Source of the DNA: Candidatus Xenobia bacterium
Lineage (GTDB): Bacteria > Vulcanimicrobiota > Xenobia > Xenobiales > QWHO01
Reading direction: 5' to 3'
Assembly (NCBI GenBank): GCA_045863235.1
Contig: BTUM01000014.1
Span: 1-64,000 of the forward strand
Length of the DNA stretch: 64,000 bases
The position numbers were made by a program, and so were the translations under genes. Under the pieces are notes generated by a model. It searched no databases. It had not been told where the DNA came from and saw only the letters and a program-made list of their open reading frames with translations. Positions 51,383-62,442 of this stretch are shown here, piece by piece (position 1 is the first letter of the stretch; every line of letters begins with the position of its first letter).

Positions 51383-51955
51383 ATGCGTCACTATCGCTTT
51401 CGTATCGACCTTCGCGTCCTCAAGCGCGGCGGACCTGCCGGCCCCCCCCGAGAGCGGGTCGACTTCTCGCCCGAGGAGGAGCCCGAGGAAGAAAGGCTCT
51501 TCCCGCTCGAGGAAACCGGCGATCCTCAGGTGCGCGCTTACAATGCCAGCCTGAGCTGGGCTTGCAGCCATTTGCCGGGCCGTTTCGTCACCGGGACCCT
51601 CGAATTTAACGTCTTCAAGGGTCCCGAGCAAACCTTCCACGTCATCACGCGACCGCGCAATAGTAAGAGCGAGCGCGTCTCGGAGGTGGTCGTCTTCCCG
51701 GACGGACAACTCTTGAGCCGGAGCCTGAGCCTCCAGGAAGGCGAGCCACAAGATCTGGAGGAGCTCTTCAAGGAAGGGCTGGAGTGGCTCGATCAGGACG
51801 ACCAGGCCCTGGCTGACCTGCCCGGCTACGAACTCCAGGCCACCTGGTATCAGCGAGAGGGCAGCCACCTTGTGGGCGTGGAACGCTGGCAACGCTACTG
51901 GGACCTGGAAACAGACAGCCTGGTCCATCACCAGGCCGGCGGCGCCCGCGCCTGA
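51383..51955 (+). CDS. Hypothetical protein
   Basis: ATG 'MRHYRFRIDL'; acidic, GC3-biased ORF divergent from the NUDIX gene. Confidence 0.65.
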   Translation: MRHYRFRIDLRVLKRGGPAGPPRERVDFSPEEEPEEERLFPLEETGDPQVRAYNASLSWACSHLPGRFVTGTLEFNVFKGPEQTFHVITRPRNSKSERVSEVVVFPDGQLLSRSLSLQEGEPQDLEELFKEGLEWLDQDDQALADLPGYELQATWYQREGSHLVGVERWQRYWDLETDSLVHHQAGGARA

Positions 51956-52393
51956 TCACTCGCCCGGCCCGTCGCTCGTAGGCGCTTCCCGGCGAACCTC
52001 CAGGCCAGCCCGATGCACCTCTCGCCCATCCACCTCGAAAGCCAGGGCGTAGAGCCCGAAGCGCGGAAAGACCACCTCTTCCAGGCCGATGATCAGTCGC
52101 ACGGTCGGCTCACCCGCATAGTTGACCTGGTTGAAACTGAGCGAGCCCTGCATCTCGTATTCGGCCTGGCCATCCGCATTCATCATCCGCAGTCTGAAAG
52201 GCCGCTCCAGCGGCGTTCCTGGCTCGGCGCGCAGCTGCAGCACGTAAAACATGCCATCCAGGCTGCAGGGTACCCCGGGAACGTTGAGCCGATCAAAACC
52301 GATTCCGCGAGCGTAGAGTTTGCCAGCGTCCTGCTGGGCAAAGTGGCACAGGAAGCCAAAATCCATCATGGGCATGGGGGCGCCTTCGGTCAC
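51956..52393 (-). CDS. DUF6941-like hypothetical protein
   Basis: 'FLCHFAQ..GKLY..GIGFD' and 'FPRFGLY'; overlaps the radA stop (GTGA). Confidence 0.65.
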   Translation of the reverse strand: MTEGAPMPMMDFGFLCHFAQQDAGKLYARGIGFDRLNVPGVPCSLDGMFYVLQLRAEPGTPLERPFRLRMMNADGQAEYEMQGSLSFNQVNYAGEPTVRLIIGLEEVVFPRFGLYALAFEVDGREVHRAGLEVRREAPTSDGPGE

Positions 52394-53844
52394 CCGGCTG
52401 GAATTCTCCTCCCCGGTCGAGGACCCGAAGGGGCGCCACCCGAAGGCCCGGGACTGGCCTCCAGGCCGGCGACCTGAAGTGCCTCCACCAGCCAGGAGAT
52501 GCCGACCAGCTGCAAGGGTCGATAGTCTCCGGGCTCCAGGCCCTCCAGGTTGCGAGCCGGCACCAGACAGCGCCTGAAACCCATCTTGGCCAGCTCCTTG
52601 AGCCGGGTCTCGAGTTGAGTGACCGCCCGCACCTCGCCCCCGAGCCCGAGTTCGCCCACGGCGGCAAGTTCCGCGTCGAGGCTTACGTTCTGCCGGCTGG
52701 AGACGACAGCCAGGGCCAGGGGCAGGTCCAGGGCGGGCTCGAGCAGGCGCAGCCCGCCGGCCACGTTCACGTAGACGTCCGAGCGGGCCAGGTTCAGGTT
52801 GCTGGCGCGTTTATGGACCACGGCCAGCAACAGGCTGACCCGATTGGGATCGACCCCGACCGACCGCCGCGTGGGCGGCACCCCGTTGTCGCTGACGGGG
52901 TTCGTGCTGACAAGCGCCTGGATCTCCACCAGCAAGGGGCGAGTGCCTTCCAGGGAGGGAAACACGATCGAGCCCGGACCGCCCCCGGCGCGCTGGGACA
53001 GAAAGAAGGCCGAGGCATCGGGAATTGACTCCAGCCCCCGGGCGCCCATCCGAAACAACCCGATCTCCTGGGTGCTTCCGAAACGGTTCTTGACCGAGCG
53101 CAGAGCCCGCACGTTGTGCATTCCGTCGCCCTCAAAATACAAAACCGTGTCCACCAGGTGCTCGAGCACGCGCGGGCCGGCCAGCTCGCCCCCCTTGGTC
53201 ACGTGACCCACCAGCAGGACCGGAATGTTCTCGGCCTTGGCCAGACGCATCAGGCTTGCCGCACACTCGCGTACCTGAGTGACGCTCCCGGGAGCCGGCG
53301 CAAGATCGGAGCGGAACAGCGTTTGAATGCTATCGATGAAGACCAGGCCAGGCCGGGTAGAGCGAATGTGTCCTTCGATGGCTTCCAGTCGGGTCTCGGA
53401 GACCATGAGGATGCCAGGAGCCAGCGCGTTCAAACGCTCGGCCCGCATGCGAATCTGGCGGGCCGACTCCTCGCCGCTCACATACAAGATCGGCGCCCTG
53501 GTCTGAGCCAACTGGCGGGCAATCTGCAGCAAGAGTGTAGACTTTCCGATGCCGGGGGGGCCGCCAAGCAGCACCAGGGAGCCCGGCACCACTCCGCCCC
53601 CCAGGACCCGGTCGAGCTCTTCCACGCCGGTGTTGAAGCGCGGCTCGTCATCGAGGGCGACCTGATCGAGGGCCACCGGGGCCTGACCCGGATCGAGCGA
53701 GAGGGCGGCACCTAGAGAGGCGCGCTGGACAGCCTCTTCCTGGAAGGTATTCCACTGGCCACAGTCAGGGCAGCGCCCCTGCCACTTGGCCGACTGGCCT
53801 CCACATTCCTGACAGACGTAGTGGGTCTTGCCGCGAGCCTTCAC
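52390..53844 (-). CDS. radA: DNA repair protein RadA/Sms
   Basis: C4 zinc finger (CQECG...CPDC), Walker A GPPGIGKS, KNRFG motif and Lon-like C-terminus; RBS GGGAGG before GTG. Confidence 0.97.
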   Translation of the reverse strand: MKARGKTHYVCQECGGQSAKWQGRCPDCGQWNTFQEEAVQRASLGAALSLDPGQAPVALDQVALDDEPRFNTGVEELDRVLGGGVVPGSLVLLGGPPGIGKSTLLLQIARQLAQTRAPILYVSGEESARQIRMRAERLNALAPGILMVSETRLEAIEGHIRSTRPGLVFIDSIQTLFRSDLAPAPGSVTQVRECAASLMRLAKAENIPVLLVGHVTKGGELAGPRVLEHLVDTVLYFEGDGMHNVRALRSVKNRFGSTQEIGLFRMGARGLESIPDASAFFLSQRAGGGPGSIVFPSLEGTRPLLVEIQALVSTNPVSDNGVPPTRRSVGVDPNRVSLLLAVVHKRASNLNLARSDVYVNVAGGLRLLEPALDLPLALAVVSSRQNVSLDAELAAVGELGLGGEVRAVTQLETRLKELAKMGFRRCLVPARNLEGLEPGDYRPLQLVGISWLVEALQVAGLEASPGPSGGAPSGPRPGRRIPAG

Positions 53845-53867
53845 AAGGACCTCCCGAAAAAAAAAGA

Positions 53868-54610
53868 GCAAGACCCCGGGAACTCTTCCTGGTCACCCTG
53901 GCTCGCCCCGTAGGGCGGCTGACATCGCTGACACTCTGACCGTAGCGCTTGGCGGCGAGTGGGACCGTTTCCGGTCCAGTGATACCCTCTGCTGGCCAGT
54001 CATTTCTGGCGGACCTTCTCAGGTCTGGCCTGGGAGAACTCCCCGGCCCGGTGCTTGCTTCCGTGGAAGCAGCCTTGAGGTCGACACGAGTTGCCTTTTG
54101 AGCAATTCGTTCCGGGCAACCCCCGTGGGGGTTGGATACCGCCCCGAGGGGCGGTTCGCGCCATCTCGACTCGCAGGCCGGAGCCTGTTGTTCGAGTCGT
54201 GCTCGGAAGCACTTGGCTTCCAGAGCAAGAACGTGAATCGCAAGGTTCAACGTTCATTCGGGCGGGCGATGCGAGGCTCCTGAGCCTCTGCCATCCGGTC
54301 TTGCCGGGCCACTTCGGTTTCTTGCACTGGCAGTTCGCCGTCGCGATGGACCTCAGGGGGTCTCTCTGCAGGGCGGTTGAAGTAGCTTCGCCGCTCGGAT
54401 TCCGTCAGGGCGTACCCCGTCGGATGATGGCGCCCTCGTTACGGACACACCTTTCGGTGCGGTCGCCTTCTTCGTCCGGAGGCGGTTCGCGCCACCGGAA
54501 GCGTCCTCAGTTCTCTGCAGAGGTCGCAGAGGCTTTACTGGAGACGAGAGGGTTCGATTCAGCTTTGATGTCTTCGGGTGCCTGGTTCCTCCGTTCGCTC
54601 GGGGTCTTGC
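53868..54610 (-). ncRNA. Candidate large (743 nt) highly structured non-coding RNA of unassigned family
   Basis: Own promoter; the 5' end GCAAGACCCCG pairs with the 3' end CGGGGUCUUGC, followed by U9; more than 12 hairpins, many with GNRA/UNCG/YNMG loops on the minus strand; no credible ORF. Confidence 0.8.
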
Positions 54611-54616
54611 AGGCGG

Positions 54617-54645
54617 AATATACCATCCGGGGGTGGTTCACACAA
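54617..54645 (-). promoter_or_regulatory. sigma70-type promoter for the large RNA
   Basis: TTGTGT (54645-54640), 17 bp ending in TGG (extended -10), TATATT (54622-54617), then 6 nt to the first G of the closing stem at 54610. Confidence 0.8.
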
Positions 54646-54760
54646 GCCAACAAGTGTTCGATTTTTAGAGTCTCATTCAAGTGGCGCCAGAGCGCCATTC
54701 AATCGAATGAAGACCCGAGAACCCCGTCAGGATGCCGATCTGTCAACGAACACAGGAACG

Positions 54761-54822
54761 CTAAAGTGCAAGACCAAGGCCTTGCACTTACAACGCGCCA
54801 GATGGGGCTAATGTGCAAGACC
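54761..54822. repeat. REP-like palindromic repeat
   Basis: TAAAGTGCAAGACC-AAGGCCTTGCACTTA-CAACGCGC ... GCTAATGTGCAAGACC. Confidence 0.75.
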
Positions 54823-54825
54823 AGA

Positions 54826-56205
54826 TCAGTTCCTCTCGGCCTCCTGAGTGCGCCAGTAGTTCTGGCCGGCTTCGCCCAGGGTGTAGACCGGGTCAAAATA
54901 CTCATAGCGCCGGTTGACCGCCTCGGGATCATCTCCCTCGATGCTGGTCCGGTAGTTCTTGGTCCAATACGAGATGCCACGCTCGCGATCATAGTCGGCG
55001 ATCTGATGCACCCAGCGCTTGCCCACGTAGGGGACGTCGCAGATGATGCGGGGAGTGGCGTAGCCGGGCAGATAGCCCATGATGTCGTGCTGCAAGCGTT
55101 GGGCCTCGTGCACCGCCAGTCGCCAGTGCTCTGAATTGGGAATCATGTCGCACATGTAGAAGTAGTAGGGCATGATATTGGCCCGGTCGAGCAAGGTGAA
55201 GCAGAGATCGAGCAAATCTTTGGAGGTCCCGTTGACCCCCCGCAGCAAGACGCCCTGATTGCGCACGTCACGGAAACCGGCTTCGTCGAGCAGATGCCGA
55301 GCCGCTCGAGCGACCAGCGGGGTCAGTTGCTGGACGTGATTCACGTGAGTGTGCAGGGCCAGGTCCACGTCGTGCTGACGGGCCTTCAAGCCCAGCCGCT
55401 CCATGGCATAGCGCACCTCGTCTTGCAGAAAGTGTTGAGGCAGGCCCATCAGGCCCTTGGAAGCCAGGCGGATGTCCCGGATGTGGGGGATCTCGATCAG
55501 GGCCGACACGAACGACTCGAGCGAGCTGATGGGCAGGTTGGCCACGTCTCCCCCCGACACGACCACGTCGCGAATGGTGGTGGTGCGGCGCAAGTAGTCC
55601 AGAATCTGCTGGTGACGCTCGGTCTGCTTGACCAGGAAGCGGTGCTTTTTGACCTGGGGAACGTCCCGCCCGACCAGGTCCATCCGGGTACAGTGACCGC
55701 AGTATTGGGGACAGGTCGAGAGCAATTCGGCCAGGACCTTTGTGGGGTAACGGTGGGTCAGGCCCTCGACCACCCACATCTCGGACTCGTGAAGGCTGTC
55801 ACGACTGGCCCGGGGGTGGTTGGGCCAGTCCGGGTTGCGGTCCTGGATGGCAGGCAACATGTAACGGCGCACCGGGTCGTTCTCGAGGTCGTCCAGGTTC
55901 ATGGTGTTCAGCATCTGGGGGGGGACCAGCATGGACATGGTGGCGCGCTCTTCCAGGTCACGGGCCATCCCTTCGGCCAGGCTGTCGCTGAGGTGCGAGC
56001 CCAGGGTCTCCTTCAGCTCAGCCAGGTTCTTGACCGTGTGCTTGCGCTGCCAGGTGGCGTCCTCCCATTCCTTCTCGGTCACACGAGCATAGCCGGGAAT
56101 GCGCCGCCAGTCGGGCTCGACGAACTCGCGCTGGGGAGGATAGGCGTATGGTTGCTCGGAGGCCTCAATGCTCCGCGCTTTGGGTTCATTGGAGATGATT
56201 GTCAT
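54826..56205 (-). CDS. kamA: KamA family radical SAM protein (lysine 2,3-aminomutase-like)
   Basis: 'GLTHRYPTKVL', CPQYCGHC, 'VVVSGGD', 'NQGVLLRGVN', 'PYYFYMCD' and 'GKR'. Substrate not established. Confidence 0.85.
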   Translation of the reverse strand: MTIISNEPKARSIEASEQPYAYPPQREFVEPDWRRIPGYARVTEKEWEDATWQRKHTVKNLAELKETLGSHLSDSLAEGMARDLEERATMSMLVPPQMLNTMNLDDLENDPVRRYMLPAIQDRNPDWPNHPRASRDSLHESEMWVVEGLTHRYPTKVLAELLSTCPQYCGHCTRMDLVGRDVPQVKKHRFLVKQTERHQQILDYLRRTTTIRDVVVSGGDVANLPISSLESFVSALIEIPHIRDIRLASKGLMGLPQHFLQDEVRYAMERLGLKARQHDVDLALHTHVNHVQQLTPLVARAARHLLDEAGFRDVRNQGVLLRGVNGTSKDLLDLCFTLLDRANIMPYYFYMCDMIPNSEHWRLAVHEAQRLQHDIMGYLPGYATPRIICDVPYVGKRWVHQIADYDRERGISYWTKNYRTSIEGDDPEAVNRRYEYFDPVYTLGEAGQNYWRTQEAERN

Positions 56206-56265
56206 GACGCCGTTTCCTTTCCATGGGCACTGCCGGGCTCAGTGTAGCCGGCCGAGACGGGTTTT

Positions 56266-56562
56266 TCAAGCGGTGCGACGGATGAGGTGGTAGCCGAACT
56301 TGGTCTGCACGGGCTCAGAGAGCTCTCCCACCGACAACTGGAAGGCGACCTTGTCAAAAGCCGGTACCATGGCTCCGCGATGAAACTCTCCGAGGTCGCC
56401 GCCGCTCTGCTTGCCGCTCGGGCACTGGGAGTGCTCTCGCGCCAGGGCAGCAAAATCTGCCCCGGCCTGAATCTGCTCTCGCAGCCTGGCAGCGGTCGCC
56501 TGATCGCTCACCAGGATATGTGAGCAACGGCACTTCTCTTTGGGCTTGAAGAGGCTCCCCAT
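56266..56562 (-). CDS. ppiC: Parvulin-type peptidyl-prolyl isomerase
   Basis: 'CSHILV', '[13 protein letters not shown]...GGDLG.F' and 'TKFGYHLI'. Confidence 0.92.
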   Translation of the reverse strand: MGSLFKPKEKCRCSHILVSDQATAARLREQIQAGADFAALAREHSQCPSGKQSGGDLGEFHRGAMVPAFDKVAFQLSVGELSEPVQTKFGYHLIRRTA

Positions 56563-56765
56563 CGCTCGACATTTGGGCAAACGCGCACGGAACTCCTCTG
56601 CGCAAGCTCCATGCGAGGAATAATCAGGGTTCCCTCTCACCCCTGGCCGCTGTCGAGTTGTCAATAGGTTGGAAATATCTTCCCCGGCCGAGTGGCATAC
56701 ACTGCCCCCGATGACCCGCCAAACATACGGGACGCGCTTCAAACAACAGGGAGGATCTAGATAAC

Positions 56766-57602
56766 ATGCTCAGCACCATCGCCCCCAGCTTTAACAGCCC
56801 GGTGTCCGCCACCAGCCTGCGGCCCAAGAACGAGGAGCCGCCGGCTCCCCCCACCCCGCCCGCTCCCCCGCCGGACCAGGTCGACTTCAGCGTGATCGAC
56901 ACGGCCGCCAAGGCTGCCGCCCTTCCGGCCATGGACCCGGCCGTTCAGCTCGGCCTGGCTGCCGGCATCGCCGCCGTCATCATGGCCGGCATGGGTGGCG
57001 GTTCGATTCCGCTGATCACCCTGGACGTGGCCACCAAGACCGCTGGCCAGGACGGCAACCTCAGCTTCGGCCTCGACATGCAGAACGAGCAGAGCCCGGT
57101 TACGGTTTCCGGTGACTTCGCCGGCCAGGCCGTCAACGGCGGCCTCGTGGTCAACGAAGAGACTCAGGAGATCGGCTGGGCCGGCACCATCGGCGGCAAC
57201 GAGGAGCGCATCAGCTTCCTCGGCGTCAACGAAGAGACCATGACCGCCCAGGTGGGCGTGCAGTTCGGCAGCGTAGCCGGCACCCTGAACCTCAAGCCCA
57301 TCATGGACGAGAGCGGCGAGACCCCCCTGGGTTACAACGTTTCCGGCGACCTGGGCGGCGAGGCCTACGACGTCACCACCACCTGGAAGCTGCCGGAAGG
57401 CCTCCAGAACGGCGACGAGCCCCCGCAGAAGCTGGAGGCCACCATCTCTTCCACCGGCAGCCTCGGCGGCCAGGCCATCCAGAAGGACTACAAGGTTGAG
57501 GCTCAGATGACCGGCGGCGGCCTGATGGTCAACGTGACCGGCGGCGGCAACGTGGCCGGCATCGCCCAGGAAGTCAACGGCACTCTGGCTATCGTTCCCT
57601 GA
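56766..57602 (+). CDS. Beta-rich, acidic hypothetical protein, probably highly expressed
   Basis: RBS GGGAGG, extreme C-ending codon bias and its own terminator. Confidence 0.8.
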   Translation: MLSTIAPSFNSPVSATSLRPKNEEPPAPPTPPAPPPDQVDFSVIDTAAKAAALPAMDPAVQLGLAAGIAAVIMAGMGGGSIPLITLDVATKTAGQDGNLSFGLDMQNEQSPVTVSGDFAGQAVNGGLVVNEETQEIGWAGTIGGNEERISFLGVNEETMTAQVGVQFGSVAGTLNLKPIMDESGETPLGYNVSGDLGGEAYDVTTTWKLPEGLQNGDEPPQKLEATISSTGSLGGQAIQKDYKVEAQMTGGGLMVNVTGGGNVAGIAQEVNGTLAIVP

Positions 57603-57693
57603 TAGAGCGAAAGCGCAGAAGTCGGGCCCTTCCGTGCCCGACTCCTGCCGACGATATGCGCGCACCGTAACGCGCGCGATCTGCGCCCAATCC

Positions 57694-57718
57694 AAGAGCC
57701 CCTCACGGGGCTCTTTTT
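57694..57718 (+). terminator. Rho-independent terminator
   Basis: AAGAGCCCC-TCAC-GGGGCTCTT followed by TTT. Confidence 0.85.
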
Positions 57719-57807
57719 CTATCTCCCCAAGGGAAGGTCGTAAGCGGCTCGAAACGGCCCGAAAATGCGCGCGAGCGCGATCGGTCCGAGGCGAGGAAGG
57801 AATCGAA

Positions 57808-59031
57808 GTGCTTTTGCTGGCTGCCACCCAGGGCGATGGGTCCTTGCACAGCCCCGTCGTGGTCATCGTCCTGGCCTCCGTGCTGGCTCCGCTCCTGGTC
57901 GAGTGGCTCAAGTGGCTGCGCATCCCTCTGGTCGTTTTCGAGCTCCTGCTCGGAATCGCCATCGGCCCTCACGCGCTGAACCTCGTCCAGCCCAGCGGCG
58001 TGCTCGACTTTCTGAGCAAGATCGGGCTCTGCTTCCTCTTCTTCATGGCCGGCCTCGAGCTCGATCTCTTCAAACTCAAGGGACCACCCCTCAGGCTGGC
58101 GGCCCGAGCCTGGGTCGCGTCCTTGACCCTGGCCCTGGCCGCCAGCGCGCTTCTGGCCTGGGCAGGCCTGGTCAAGAGCCCGCTCATGATCTCGGTCGCA
58201 CTGTGCAGCACCGCTCTGGGAACCCTGATGCCGGTCCTGCGCGAGCGCGGCGAGCTCAAGTCTCGCTTCGGAAGCTTTCTGCTCGCGGCTGGGGGGCTGG
58301 GCGAATTCGGGCCCGTCTTGCTGATCTCGGTGCTTTTCTCTGGCTCCGCCAACGGCTGGGTGGAAGGATTGGTCTTCCTGGGTTACTCGGCAACCATCGC
58401 CGGGGCCGGTTGGCTGGCCCTCCAACTACGGCCGCCCGCTCTGGTCGCTCTCCTCGGCCGAACCCTGGACACAAGCTCGCAGCTTCCTATCCGGGTCTGC
58501 CTCCTGCTGATCGTGGTACTGGCTTATGCGGCCCACAAGTTCGGCCTGGATCTCATTCTGGGCGCATTCGGAGCCGGCCTGATGGTAGGTCTGGCAACCC
58601 GCGACACCGCGACCAGCGGCACCCTGCGCCAGAAGCTGGATAGCCTGAGCTTCGGGCTCTTCGTTCCCACTTTCTTCATCTACAGCGGAGCCAATTTCGA
58701 CCTGGGAATGCTCAGCCAGCCTCAGACCCAGGCCCAGGTCCTCCTCTTCCTCGCTCTGTTCTTGCTGGTGCGAGGGCTACCCACTCTTCTCTACCGGGAC
58801 GAGTTGACCGCGCGAGAGCGCTGGGGACTGGCCTTCTACTCGGCCACCTGCCTGCCGATCGTGCTGGCGATCGCTCAGATCGGCGCGTCCTCCGGCCGAA
58901 TGCTTCACCAGAACGCGGTCGCCCTGGTGGGAGCCGCCGTCCTCAGCGTGCTGATCTTTCCCATCCTGGCCGATCGCATCAAAGGAGCCGGCCCGGCAGC
59001 CTCCTCGTTGCCGTCACATCGCTCCTCTTAG
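57808..59031 (+). CDS. Cation:proton antiporter (CPA2)
   Basis: 'FLFFMAGLELD', 'STALG', 'LGAF.AG' and 'FVPTFFI..G...D'; many TM helices. Confidence 0.9.
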   Translation: MLLLAATQGDGSLHSPVVVIVLASVLAPLLVEWLKWLRIPLVVFELLLGIAIGPHALNLVQPSGVLDFLSKIGLCFLFFMAGLELDLFKLKGPPLRLAARAWVASLTLALAASALLAWAGLVKSPLMISVALCSTALGTLMPVLRERGELKSRFGSFLLAAGGLGEFGPVLLISVLFSGSANGWVEGLVFLGYSATIAGAGWLALQLRPPALVALLGRTLDTSSQLPIRVCLLLIVVLAYAAHKFGLDLILGAFGAGLMVGLATRDTATSGTLRQKLDSLSFGLFVPTFFIYSGANFDLGMLSQPQTQAQVLLFLALFLLVRGLPTLLYRDELTARERWGLAFYSATCLPIVLAIAQIGASSGRMLHQNAVALVGAAVLSVLIFPILADRIKGAGPAASSLPSHRSS

Positions 59032-59168
59032 ACCGCGGACCGAGCGTGAGGTGCTTGCCTATCCTTCGGGGACGCCTCCACACAAGTCTGTCGGCGCAAG
59101 TTCCCAGCAAGCACGCACTTTACAAGCCGGCAACCTCGGCGAGCCCGGTGGTATGGCATTCTCAGTGT

Positions 59169-59777
59169 ATGGTCATCTCCGAAGCAGCAGTCCAATGGCA
59201 GCCCCGTCAGCCTTCCAGGCCGTGCACAGCCAGCAGCGGCTGGGGAGTGGACCGGGTCGAGCTTTCAGGCTGGCAGGGTTGGGCACCAGACCCGGATCGG
59301 CAACGCCAGATCGAGGTGGTGAAAGCCGAGATCGAACGCCTGAGGGCCAGCATCGGCAACCTGGACGCCAAGAAGCGAGATGTCGATCAGCGGCTCTATT
59401 CGCTGGCCAACGAGATCTACGGCCTGAGAAACGGGATGGACCAGATCAACTACGAGATCGAGAGCCTTCGTTACACCATCCAGACCATCCAGGACCGGAA
59501 GGAGACCGTGCGCTGGCAGCTGGAGAGCGCCCGAGACCCTCAAGAGAAGGCTGCCCTGCGGTATCAGCTCGACCAGCTCAACGAGGAAATCCAAAACAAT
59601 CGCTACCGACTCGACGATCTTCGCTACAAGAAGAGCGACCTCGAGTCTCGGATCCGCGACCGGCACTCCCAGAGGGACTCACTCTTGCGCGAGCAGCAGT
59701 ACTATGAGGACCAACTCCAGCGCGAGCGCTACCAACTGGTGAGCCAGCAAGAGTTGTTACGACAGCTGCAGCGCTGA
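59169..59777 (+). CDS. Long coiled-coil hypothetical protein
   Basis: ATG 6 nt after TG-G-CATTCT; continuous heptads after a 'DRVELSG' leader. Confidence 0.75.
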   Translation: MVISEAAVQWQPRQPSRPCTASSGWGVDRVELSGWQGWAPDPDRQRQIEVVKAEIERLRASIGNLDAKKRDVDQRLYSLANEIYGLRNGMDQINYEIESLRYTIQTIQDRKETVRWQLESARDPQEKAALRYQLDQLNEEIQNNRYRLDDLRYKKSDLESRIRDRHSQRDSLLREQQYYEDQLQRERYQLVSQQELLRQLQR

Positions 59778-59814
59778 CCCCCCTGACCCTGCGAAGAAGG
59801 GTCTGCAATAGGCA

Positions 59815-59843
59815 AAGAGGACCGCCCGATGGGCGGCCCTCTT
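59815..59843. terminator. Hairpin between the convergent clpC and coiled-coil genes
   Basis: Imperfect inverted repeat AAGAGGACCGCCC-GAT-GGGCGGCCCTCTT. Confidence 0.6.
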
Positions 59844-59850
59844 CAGCTTC

Positions 59851-62364
<2,514 letters not shown>

Positions 62365-62442
62365 AGATTCTCCTCCTTAGTGTCCTGTCAGACAGGCCCC
62401 GAGGGAAACACTTCGCAATCTTCGCCCGAATCCTTCTCGAAG

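Noticed and set aside
53868..54610. RNase P RNA, tmRNA, rRNA or group II intron identity for the structured region
   Set aside because: No GAGGAAAGUCC/P4 signature, no tRNA-like GGGG...CCA ends, no GUGYG start or domain V, and no rRNA similarity that I recognise.
53868..54610. IS/MITE explanation for the terminal inverted repeat
   Set aside because: No target-site duplication or transposase remnant. An external promoter points exactly at the first base and a U-tract follows the last. Not fully excluded without a genome-wide copy count.
54091..55134. 347-aa + strand ORF and other short ORFs over the RNA region
   Set aside because: No domain motifs, poor codon bias, and partly antisense to kamA.
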